From Dicyema japonicum (Eukaryota; Animalia; Dicyemida): a DNA stretch of 64,000 nt. The translations under genes and the position numbers were made by a program. Numbering within the stretch: the first letter of the stretch is position 1; every line of letters starts with the position of its first letter. Of this stretch, positions 25,918 through 36,409 are shown in pieces. The notes below the pieces were generated by a model. That model did not search any database, was not told where the DNA came from, and was given only the letters and a program-made list of their open reading frames with translations. Location of the stretch: NCBI GenBank assembly GCA_011109175.1, contig RDEW01000016.1:492709-556708 (forward strand), read 5' to 3'.

Positions 25918-26640
25918 TTAAATGCCAGGTACAAAGGGTGGTAGGCGCGGCAGAGATGTGCGAATTACGGGCCTATACTCTCGTGAATTCCTAGGTTGTG
26001 CCACAAAAAGACGTTTCTTGCCAAGTTTGCTGATAGATTGATCTTTTTGGACAAGTATCTTGTTCTTATGCTCAAAAATTGTTTCCTGCTTACCAAAATG
26101 TTTTTCAACTTCCAAAGTTCCTCTTACTACGATGAAGAGACTCTCCTTGATGATTAAATTAAGTAAACCCTTGAAGCAATTACATATTTACATTATGATG
26201 ACTATGGACGGCTTCAGGCGACTTTGCCTGTTTGTTTTGGTGGATTTAGGATTACCGTACCTTTGGATGCCGCATTAAGCCACATTTGTTCTCTAATAGT
26301 TCCTAATCAGAAAGCGTATTCGAGACTTGAAAAAAGGGAGAATCTTGAGAGCACTGAGAATGCGAGAAGACATAGCCGTTTGATCTATCCACATAGCTAA
26401 CATCCACTGTTGTGCAGGTTGAGCGCAGGCCTTTTCCGTAGGCATGCCTGCCTCAACAGACGTTGAAAAACGCACTTTCCTCTGCTGGCCACCACTGCAT
26501 TTTGGAGCCAATTGGTCTCATCTGAGAAGATGGAAAATGTCCAGACAGGATCAAAACATTCCCTTTTGCTAATGTTTGGAACCTGGTTAGGATGCACGGG
26601 TTTTGATAAATACTCTCAAAAAAATTTGGTTACCTCAGTC
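25918..26640 (-). CDS. Putative multi-exon host gene, unknown function
   Basis: ORFs 26397-26597, 26293-26511 and 25918-26115 can be linked by 22-33-nt GT-AG introns; no family motif recognised. Confidence 0.3.
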
Positions 26641-26764
26641 TCGGACCCATGTCATGTTCTAAGCAAACCGAAAATCAGAAGAGAATAAAGTACCAAAGCA
26701 TTTCGGAGGATCACTTGATGTCTCATTTGAGATGAATCTTTGTTCCACAAGCTGACTGGCTCAA

Positions 26765-26880
26765 TGATCTAAATGGTAACCAAGGATCCACGTGAGGCTG
26801 TATGGATTCGATAATGTATCTCGTGAGCTATCGTCAGAAGTAACAGCACGGTCATTCAAGCTCCCTAAATTAAGTGTTCT
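26765..26880 (+). mobile_element. CRE-like 3' end
   Basis: KDPREAVWIR*CIS*AIVRSNSTVIQAP*. Confidence 0.6.
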
Positions 26881-26961
26881 TTTGACATTTTTAATGAAGA
26901 ATAATAATTAGCGTGGAGTCACCGGATTCAACAATTCTGGAGGCGCTCAGAATGCTCTTAA

Positions 26962-27025
26962 AGCAGGGGTGGTCAACCGGTCGATCGAAGAGGATTTTTT
27001 GGTTAATCGCAAAGATCCTAGCCCA
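26962..27025 (+). mobile_element. hAT MITE terminal fragment
   Basis: caggggtggtcaaccggtcgatcg preceded by tcttaaag. Confidence 0.45.
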
Positions 27026-27029
27026 TAGT

Positions 27030-27290
27030 GCTTGTTTCCACCTGGAAGGAAGATTAGTCGGAAGTTCCCATGTTGTTCTTCGATCCCGTTTATAAGTTTG
27101 GTCTCCTGAAGGCAGGCGATTGAAACCTTGTATTTTGAAAGATCCTCGACCAGTTCCTTCCGTTTCCAAACGCTAGAGAGTCCCCTGACGTTAAACGTGA
27201 GAAGGGAGAAGTCCGATGACTTGAAACTGTGTTTTCCAGACATTGAGATCAAGAGCCACGTCACCAGCTCAACCAAAAACAATACATGCC
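27030..27290 (-). mobile_element. RTE-like APE endonuclease 5' fragment
   Basis: LLTFNVRGL..ELVEDLSKYKVSIACLQETK. Confidence 0.7.
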
Positions 27291-28099
27291 CCAATCTTGG
27301 AAAATAATTAATTATTTACCTGAGTTTTGGAGTCTTTACTTCTTTTGCCAGAGAGGAGCGCCACAGACATAAAATACTGATCCCATGATAAATAATTCTC
27401 ACGCTTTTGGCTTTTCATTTGTAGTTTAACAGTTTCAAATATTATTTATACTGACAATAATATTTAATAAATTGTAATATTGTTTCTCCGATTTAACATT
27501 TTTTTGCAAATTGAAAATCTCGGACCTAACAATGTGAGATCACCATTCCAGAATATGATTCTATCATTTTTTCATTCTAACATATTCCAGGCTTCAGAGA
27601 ACTCAGCACATCAGATCAAATTACTACTGTACCCTCATTCGAGGAATTAGTTCACTATGATGTTGACCAAAGTCAGAAACCACGGAACCCACTGAACTCT
27701 TTAGTTGATCTAGATAGGTATCGTTGAGAGGATACACCGTGCCACTCGAGTCAGCAATCAATTAGTTTATTGAATTTTAGAATTAACATTTTGATTACAT
27801 TTATTACTATCTACAACTACCTTCCGACATGTTATCAGCAATTTTTATTGTCCCAGGGGCTATGTGGTGGAGTAATTTCTGATTCATATTCAACAATCAT
27901 TGACATATTTGAGAGAACTGGAATTGCACATTGGTTAGTCATATCTGAATCAATAGAGTTTACATGACAAATCAACTTAATACAAGTATAAATTTATTAA
28001 AATAAAGATTTGGTTATGGGAGTCTCATTTAGGACCTAATAGTCTCCCAAACCTGATCTGAATCCCCTATTATTAAAACGCACTCCCAAGAAAACATAA

Positions 28100-28340
28100 A
28101 ATTAGTTACTTTTCCTTTGTGCCTCATTTCTAAACAGTTCTGTACACTGAACGGTCGTTTTCGTCACTTTTAGAAAGCAGACAGAGATGTTGTATTTTGC
28201 TAGATCGTATGTCAGTTGGTGTTTCTTGTCCTTTGCAATTAAAAGTTCCCAGAGTAAACGGAAAAGTAGGTAAGGAATACAAATAAGACATAGAGACGTC
28301 ATCACCTCAACCATTAATTGCCTACAAAAAATAGTAAAGT
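28100..28340 (-). mobile_element. RTE-like APE 5' fragment
   Basis: KHQLTYDLAKYNISVCFL..TKTTVQ; paralogous to 5290-5700. Confidence 0.55.
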
Positions 28341-28569
28341 TCCAACTAAAGGATGGAAGCGGTAATTTGATTTTAATCAAGTTCATCTGCCAGATTACTA
28401 GCATATCTCATCGATTGATCGACAGTTCTACTAGAATACTTCTCTCGTCACTTGGGCAATTTTTGTCAATAAAGTAAAAAATTCACATGCCCTTAAAATT
28501 GTTTAAAACTTATAAAAATGTGATTTTTTAGGTCAATGTAGAAAACATTTTTATTGATTTTTGTTGATT

Positions 28570-29060
28570 CATTTTTAGAGTTTTTGAATAACGTGTCATC
28601 AACTGTTATGCATCAATCAATCAGAAGTCATTGAAAAGGTAGGACTGTTATTATAAAATATCCTGGTGAAGTTTTTTTAAACTTACATTTTATTAGTATT
28701 TTACATTGTGCTACTGTAATATCTTGATTTTCTCATTTCCATCTACCTATCTAGGATCAGTGATGTCACTTGTGCTTAGAATATGATTTTCATGCATAAG
28801 TTGAACAGTAAAGTTTACAAAACCTTTTTTTGAAGGTATTGGATATCGACTTCTTCTATGCAAACGTGTCGAAAATCTTCCAAGGTAACTTGACCGAGCA
28901 TTTGAGTTTTTTTACATAGTTAGAAAAATTGGTTTGATTTACGAAAAATCGATAATGTGAATACACATAAATTTCTTCCATAAACAGAAAATTTATGAAC
29001 TATTTTAAAAATTGTATTTCAGTAACGATTATGCGGAATTAAGAAGTATCTGAAATCTAG
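28570..29060. repeat. ~490-bp unclassified dispersed repeat, copy A (copy B at 35420-35890)
   Basis: Colinear blocks ttttagagtttttgaataa, gtcatcaactgt, cattgaaaagg, aaatatcctgg, atatcgacttc, aggtaacttgacc and gaattaaga.gtatctg at both loci. Confidence 0.75.
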
Positions 29061-29780
29061 TATTGTCATAGCGTTTGCAGTTGAGACACCTCAGCGGACC
29101 TCTTCTGTACTATTCGCATGTGATTGGCACGTGAGCAATGTTGAAACAAGTCGGACAAGCGATGTTGATTCCGCCTTTAATCCAACTGGAACCTTTACAA
29201 GAGGGAGTCTCCATCTGCCTTGTAGAAGCATAAGTTCGTGGTAGAGGGGGCTAATTCCTTGACAAATTAATGAAGGTCGTTATCATTTACCCATAAGGGC
29301 AGGTTGTTCAACTCAATTTCGGAAGATCTCGTCGGAGTTAACTAAGCAATAGATTCCAAGACCATAAGGTGAAGTAGGATCCACATGATCATAAAAGTTC
29401 TTTGTCCCTCCTTTCTGAATTCGAAGCGGAAGATCCCTGAGCCTTCGTGGCTCAATCTGATAAATCCTGTAAAAGTCGAACGAGTACAGCACGTTAGAAA
29501 TTTTGATAGCCCCCATATTCGATGTCACAGAAATCTGAGTAAACACATTGCCAGAGTATACAAAGCTGGAGGATCATGAGGAATATACTACGTTTCAGTT
29601 CCTGTAGATGTGCAAACAGTCTGGATCTCGTCTTCAAACTTTTTCACAGATTTAGCTCCTGTAGCTCCTGAAAAGTAATAACTTTTACTGTCGCACTTTT
29701 TGATTACATTTGAACTAACTTTTGAACCATTTTTTTCCGGCCATTGTCACAAAGACTTCACAACCACGTTTTTTTCAAAA
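29060..29780 (-). mobile_element. I/Jockey-group LINE ORF1 remnant
   Basis: EIELNNLPLWVNDNDLH parallels EVVLKGFPSWVTDEDLF of the 3058 element; Cys motifs CPTC..RCLNCK; 5' start aaaacgtggttgtg. Confidence 0.5.
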
Positions 29781-29928
29781 ATAGTTGTGTACTTTTGATG
29801 CCGGCCAGGCATTGGGTCTCCTTAGTAAAGTGGATCCAATTACGCCATCAGGCGTAATAAATTGTTTTTATATATTTTATTTATATAATTAAAATAATAA
29901 AATAAATAATTCAAAAAATCTGTGTTGT

Positions 29929-32590
29929 ATGTCACGGGATAGCAGTTCTTCTAGTTATCGAAGTAGAGATAGATCACATGAACGGTAATTAATAAAACAC
30001 ATTGATAGATCAAGAAGGCGTCGTTCTAATAGAAGACATAGTCCTGAAGATAGAAGACAAAGAAAAATCTACTCTCGCAGTCATAGACGACATTCTAAGT
30101 ACAATTTTCTCATTATTGTGTTATAAACTGATTATATTTCTTTCATACTAAATATTATATTTCCAAATAATTATTCTATTCCAATATGGCCTGATATTTC
30201 TCTTATATCCTCTTATTGTGCTTAATATAAAATTCCCATGCTAAATTTTTGTACCTCACCAATTATGCCTAACTATTGTTCCAGGACAGACGAAATGTTT
30301 CTCCTGCTAAATTTGCTATATATAAAATTCCCATGATAAATTTTATTTATCCTATTAATTATGTTTAATTATATTTTGATACATCGTAAGTTACTAATCC
30401 TCAACATTACACTAAATTTATATTCTTTCCACGATGAACGTTATTTAGCCTTCCAATATGGTTGACTACATTTGATAATTCGTAAAATTTTTCTCCTTAA
30501 TATTACACTAAACTTTAATATTTCCATGATAACTTTTGTTTAGCTGACTAATTATGTTTAACTACTTTTTGATGCTTCTTAAAATGTTACTTCAGCCAAA
30601 TTTTGTTATACCTAAATTTTCCATGATAAAGTTTGTTTAGCCACCAAATATGGTTAATTACTATTTGATGCACCCTAAAATTACTACGTCTGCCAATTTT
30701 ACTAAACATACAAAATTTCCATGAAAGTTTGTTTAGCTTACCACTTATTGTTAATTACTGATTGATTTTTTTAATATAAAATTCCCATGGTATACTTTAT
30801 TTAGCCTACCAATATGCTTACCTGCATTTGTTGCATCTTAAAATTTTTCCTTACCTATCATACTTGTGTGTTTTTTAATAAATATATATCTATCTAATCG
30901 CTTATAGTACTAGTGAATATAGCAGTGAGTATGGTAATCCGTCCAAAATTATAATGCTGCAACAACTTCCTCTTTTTGTTACTGAGAAAGACGTGTGGAT
31001 AGTACTTTACCCTTAGATTATGGATAACATGTCTGATCAACGACCTCACTCCATTAGACTCCTCCCAGGTAGTCCGTACACTCATTCAAGGGACCTCACG
31101 TGCCTTGGTTGAATTTAAAAACACTCAGGAGGCCCAACAGTGGATGAAAACATGCAAGGTACCACAACCGTTCTAACACAGGGTACATGGTCTTTAATGG
31201 GTCGGTATGATGTCCCTCTTACCTACGCTGAGTCCCAACCCCTCGAGGAGATGCAGGACTGGACATGTAGTAAGGTAGTCTCCCTTGTGAGCACAGTGTC
31301 ATATATACAACTTCAAAAAGAGGAACTTTTGCTTTCGGTGTAATATATCCCGCCAAGAATCCTTCGCCAATGTGGGGGAGAACCAAATTGCGAGTGATCC
31401 TAGCAGCAGTACTTCTCGATAATATGTAGCCCTCATACTGAGAGGACTGGATGAATTGACTGATGAGAGTTCCCTAATTTCGGGGTTTTCCAGAATAACC
31501 AGTACCCCCCTCATGAATATGCACGTAGTTAGGGATAGAGACACTCAAAAGTCAAAAGGATTTGCATTTGCCGAGTTATCCACCATCTCAGAAACTTCTG
31601 CCGTGGTGGAAGAGATATCTTTCGGCGGGAAAAGGTTGAGAGCTGATGGAAAAGATGTGCAAGTCGACTTTGCACGTGACTCATTCGACTCAATGTATGG
31701 CGGAGAGTTACAGTAGAATGAATTCGATGGAGAATTGGCCCAAGAAGCCAGAATTCCAGTATTCTGAGGTACTCTTTGGTCTTAGTTTGCGAGGGGTACC
31801 AAGCCGACACGAGCAATGTTGGAGCAGCAGCAGCCCAGGCAGCGATGAATAAGGGGAAGACTAAAAGGAAATCTAGTTGTACTCAGAACCGTGTGTTTTT
31901 GGTGTTATTTGGGGATAGAGACCTCTTCCTATGTTTATGATGAGTCCTCTGGTTATTACTACGACACAGTAAATGGGTTGTACTATGACCCTGTTTCCAC
32001 TGTAAGGGATTTTTGTGGTTATTTGACAGTATTTTTACAATCCTATTACTGCACAGTATTTATATTGGAATGGGACCTCATTTGTGCTGCATGTCCAACA
32101 AGAACCTGATAAACAGCCTGAAAAGCCCGCCAAGAAAATTGAATTGAAAAAAGAAAGTGTACAAGTTAAGGCGGCAAAAAAGATCAAACGTGACATGGAT
32201 AAGTAGGCCTCTAATCAGAATTCAGTTAAAGTGGACTCTTCCGTGAACATTGATGCTCCAACTCAGTTTGTCCTTCCAGTCGAAAGCCAGAAGGTTGAAA
32301 TTGCTGAGAACTTGGTTAATTGGAGTCGTTTAGTGTGTCTTCTATGTAAAAGACAGTTTAATAGTCGTGAGGTGTTAGAAAAGCACGTTAGATTGTCACA
32401 ATTGCATGCGGTTGACCTTTTGATTGATTTCTAGAAAAATCTAGAAGCTTTGAATAAACCACATGGGACGACTGAGAGAGGGAATTTTTTCGATGTATCG
32501 GACGAGCCAAGTCAGCGACAATATCGTGATAGAGCTAAGGAAAGGCGTGATAAATATGGAGTGTCTGAGCCACCTGGTGATGTTTCCTAA
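29929..32590 (+). CDS. RBM5: RBM5/RBM10-family splicing regulator (RS region, RRM1, RanBP2 ZnF, RRM2, OCRE, C2H2); internal TAG; no G-patch found
   Basis: Spliced product has an RS-rich start, RRM1, DWTCSKCHIYNFKKRNFCFRC, RRM2 (SKGFAFAEL), OCRE (YVYDESSGYYYD..LYYDP..YFYNPITAQYLYW), CLLCKRQFNSREVLEKHVRLSQLH and YRDRAKERRDKYG. Confidence 0.9.
30140..30860. repeat. Degenerate tandem array, ~7-8 units of ~96 nt, inside RBM5/10 intron 2
   Basis: Anchor cca(t/c)g recurs at about 30236, 30331, 30429, 30524, 30621, 30719 and 30785. Confidence 0.85.
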
Positions 32591-32734
32591 ATTACATTTT
32601 CTTTTATTAATAAGTTTCCTACATGTGAATTGTGACATCTTTATATGACTGGTGTTAACCATCTTGTAATATGTTGGAATAGTGGAATTGTTTAAATTAC
32701 GGTTATGATTAATAAAATTGAGTCATTAATCATT

Positions 32735-32910
32735 ATAAACGCCTGCCCCTTGCAACCTACTCCAAAGTGCCTCTGGAATTCTTGAGTCATCTAGGGAATC
32801 AGATTTCTGCGTGAACAGGAGATCCTCATGAGCGCTGTTCGCTATTTGAGAGAATCTCGCTGTCCATCCTAAGAGGGAATAGCCTCGCAGTAAAGGTGGC
32901 CACTGTATGA
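32735..32910 (+). mobile_element. CRE-like 3' end immediately downstream of RBM5/10
   Basis: LEFLSHLGNQIS..TGDPHERCSLFERISLSILRGNSLAVKVAT; close to the end of ORF 36456-37385. Confidence 0.8.
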
Positions 32911-33439
32911 ACTATTGTTATTTTTATTTTGTCATCAATGAATCAATTTTATGAAAAAATTCTAAGATTTGATTATCTATTGAGTTATATTTTTATAAAC
33001 ACTGAGAATAACTGCAGTCAACTTTAGCAAATTGGCCACTTTTTGGTTACTTAGAATTTGTGGCCAATTTGAAAAGTGGATAATCTGAAAAAATAAAATT
33101 TTAAAGAATTTTTTTAGAAAAACGACTTTGATCAAAAACGTATTTAATTCCTAATTGTTTTTTTCCTTAATTAATACCTTCTTTGTATTTTTTAATTAAA
33201 GAAATTAAAAAACTTTGTCCATTCTCATTATTAGCTAAAAGTTCCATCTCTATTGCAGTTAATAATAACAAAAATATTCATTTTGTCTAAGGTCTTTCCT
33301 TTTCCGATTCTTGTTCACTATTTTATGATTTTTCTAATGAATTTTCATTAAATTTTTAATTCCCTGTGTATTCAATGTTTAAAAAATCCTCAACTTTTAG
33401 AGGATCGAAAATGTCTGTTATTCTGATTGCTAATTTAAT

Positions 33440-34005
33440 TTAATTAAAGCACATCCCCGTTACCAGTACATACTGTTTATGGTTTCGCTTGTGCCATGTT
33501 TTTTCGACTATCCTTTCCGTTAGCCTTCTCCATCCCTTTAGTTGTCGTGCTTGCCCCCTGATTTCGTCCAGATTGTCTGCATCCATCAGTCGGCAGCCAA
33601 TCGCACATAATCCTCCAAAGTGACTTGGAAACAAAACTTCTTGGACGTCCTCTGAATGTAGAAGATTAAGTATGGTCGAAAAATTCTTCGTTGGTGGCAT
33701 AAAATGGTGTTTCTTCACGCATCCGTAGAATATGTCCAAAAAGGTGCCAGCGGGCTTCAAGTACGTTAACGCCTGAGGTCCACAATCAGTGAAAATTGGT
33801 GTATCATTAATGTCAATTTCAAGATTTTCGCTATTCGATTTAATTAAAACTCTGAAACGATTCCTGTCTTCGGATATGTCTTCCCACGCTACTTTTGGAA
33901 AAAACCGTATCTTTTAAAATCAATTTCTTGTAGGAATCATAGATCGAAACATTGTAAAAAAGACCTTCAATTAAAATAATTATGTTAATAGATTAGCCTG
34001 AGCAT
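33440..34005 (-). CDS. Intronless ORF of unknown function, ~190 aa with one or two frame slips
   Basis: ORF 33440-33760 extends upstream in frame (FPKVAWEDISEDRNRFRVLIKSN..) to a T-run; no family recognised. Confidence 0.3.
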
Positions 34006-34394
34006 GGTATAATTACTCTTAAAGATTTTATAATGCCAATATTGATGGATTGAAGTAAACCGGTGAACGATGTGATCGTCAGAGCTCTGAAGGCTACAGG
34101 CTTCCCATCACAACTTTAAACCGTGGGTCTCGATCGAGGAAATGGTTTGCAATGTTGATAGTCCCGAATCCACTTGTAATTTATATTCCAGATATTTCCG
34201 TGGTCTTTCTTCGAATGGGAGGTAGTTAATGGTCCTTTTTTGCGGTGCATTAAGTGCACCCTGAGCGTATGCAGAACTTCCGCAACTGGTAGACCACATG
34301 ACGCCACGTTTGCGTTATTTTACATAACAATAAGATTATGATATCAATTTATTATATATTAAAAAAACACTAGTTTTATCAAAATTAAAGAACA

Positions 34395-34600
34395 GACGCC
34401 CAATGCCTAGCCGGCATCAGGAGGATCCACTATCCTTTCCCCGGGACAATTTCGTCACCTGGAGACAAGTTCTGGGTCGCTGGAACTAGTCACGATCAAG
34501 GAGTTAGTTTGGTTACCCTTGGTCTTTGGAATTATTTTAATTAATTTAATCTATTCCACGCGATAAATGAGTCACCTGAGTCTGCCACACCAGGAAATGG
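34395..34600 (+). mobile_element. I-group LINE 3' end
   Basis: Shares gacaatttcgt..gacaagttctgg and the 3' UTR motif with 53195-53400, 11260 and 25660. Confidence 0.5.
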
Positions 34601-34639
34601 AAATAATAAAAATTAAAATAAATTATGATTGTCCTCAAA

Positions 34640-35150
34640 TTCCTAAAAGCCAAAAATATAGGCTCAATAAATTGTCTGAATCTTTTGAGTTTGAAGATGA
34701 AAAACAATTTACCTGAAAATGGATTAAGGATGAGATTTTCTACCTCTGGTCAAACAGAATTAAAGATTCTATCGATTCAGGTAACCACTGTTGCTGATCT
34801 GAAAATAGGCTGACCACTATTGGAGGCCATTTGGAAAAACAGGTTATACAGTCTTTTAAAAAAAATGTACGATTTAACGAGAAAAGAAGTTCAAGAAGTA
34901 ATAACTTAGTTCACCTTCTGTAAACCACAAGAATGATGTCGACAGAACCTCCAATTAGGCCAATAATTGAAAAAAGACCTCGTGACATCTATCTAGCAGA
35001 TCTTATTGACTTGCATGGGTATTATCACATAAACGACGAATACTCGTGGGTATTAAAAAAAGTAATTAAAAGGTTATGGCATTAATCGACAGTTTTTCAA
35101 AATACGGAATTGTCAAACTACCCGAAAAAAGTAGAGTCACGTGAGAGGAT
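34640..35150 (+). mobile_element. Ginger/KRBA2-type integrase fragment
   Basis: GGHLEK..YDLTRKEVQEVI..C..PPIRPIIEKRPRDIYLADLIDL..WVL..LIDSFSKY, the HHCC-to-rve-core pattern. Confidence 0.6.
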
Positions 35151-35419
35151 TGTTTATAATGAAGAAGACACCTCACTAGATGACGCGAAAAGGCATACAA
35201 GAATCGACATATTTGTGGCGAATATATGTCTAAAAAAGACGGTGGAAATTTGACAAAGAGGAGATCAATATTGGAGATTGTGTTTTGCCGTCATGACGCA
35301 GATGCCAACATGCAAAATAGAAAATGCCCGCTAATTTCACAATACACGGAGATGGGAATATTATAAAAAATGTGCATTTTTCAGGATTAAAAATAATAAA
35401 AACTTGATTATAATTTTTT

Positions 35420-35890
35420 TAATTTTTAGAGTTTTTGAATAAAATACTGACGTGTGTCATCAACTGTCATGCGTCATTCAATCTGGAAGATCATTGAAAA
35501 GGTTATGACTGTTGTTAGAAAATATCCTGGAGATTTTTATCCTTTTATTGAAACGTTCGTCTAAAAAATTCAAATTACCAGGTTTATCATTTTATTACTA
35601 TTTTTCAGATTTCACTGTGATTTTCTCATTCCATCTAAAGACCATAGATCAATGAGGTCACTAATGCTTACTCGAATCTGATTTTCTCTGCATAGGTTGA
35701 ACTTTAAAGTTTACGAACGTGTTTGAGGGTATTCCATATCGACTTCCTTCTATACAAAAGTGTAGAAAATTTATGCCAAAGGTAACTTGACCTGAGCCTA
35801 TGCGTTTACCCGTATAAGATGTTGCTAGCATATTCAAAAATTGCATTTCAGTTACGATTTATGTGGAATTAAGAGGTATCTGGATTCTAG
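35420..35890. repeat. ~490-bp unclassified dispersed repeat, copy B
   Basis: Colinear with 28570-29060. Confidence 0.75.
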
Positions 35891-36409
35891 ACCGAAATTT
35901 TAATCTAAAACGTTTTTCATTACATTATTCTATATTTTAATAAAGTTTTTGATTAGCAGTTTTCATATTAAAACTGTTTTTCTAGATAAATTTTTCATAA
36001 CGTCAAAAATAAAGTCATTTTCATAAATTCGGATTTATAAAGTCAAAATAAATCGCCCAAGTAATAATATGGACTTTTTGATGGAAACATAAGACTAGCG
36101 AACATATTGATGACTTACACTTTGGTGCAACCTAAAGTGTAGAGAATAATAACAGAATCTTCACTAAGGGAGGTAGTAAAAACACGTAAGAAAAAAATAA
36201 TTACTCCTTTTTTCGATAAAAATTTTTTTTTCATTATAATTATGATAAATTTACAACGGATTTGTGATCGTGCCTTGGACTCTGCTGGACACCGCTTCAT
36301 ATTGTAGCCACTCGGACTGCTCAGAGGAGACGGAAAGACGTTGGTATGTGTTGTACCTACATTTACTCCCTTTGTCTTTCCTCAAAAGTCATATCAAGCT
36401 GATATCCTT

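Noticed and set aside
26475-26505. CSGGQQRK on the minus strand resembles an ABC transporter signature motif
   Set aside because: No Walker A upstream or Walker B/D-loop downstream; the spliced reading favours another frame.
29796-29860. Hairpin gatgccggc.aggcatt plus agtggatcc, also at 34399-34430, suggested a ribozyme
   Set aside because: No hammerhead core (CTGATGA..GAAA) and no complete HDV-like pairing; both translate to QCLAGI and the 34400 copy runs into an I-group LINE 3' end.
30140-30860. Regularly spaced array as a CRISPR locus
   Set aside because: Whole units are homologous and degenerate, with no unique spacers or cas genes, and the context is eukaryotic.
32204-32206. Genome-wide reassignment of TAG
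   Set aside because: Only one instance in a conserved gene; Trp is TGG elsewhere. One case cannot support a code change, so it is kept as a site-specific finding.
34108-34307. Possible Gypsy integrase zinc-finger remnant
   Set aside because: Resemblance too weak, and no diagnostic catalytic motif.
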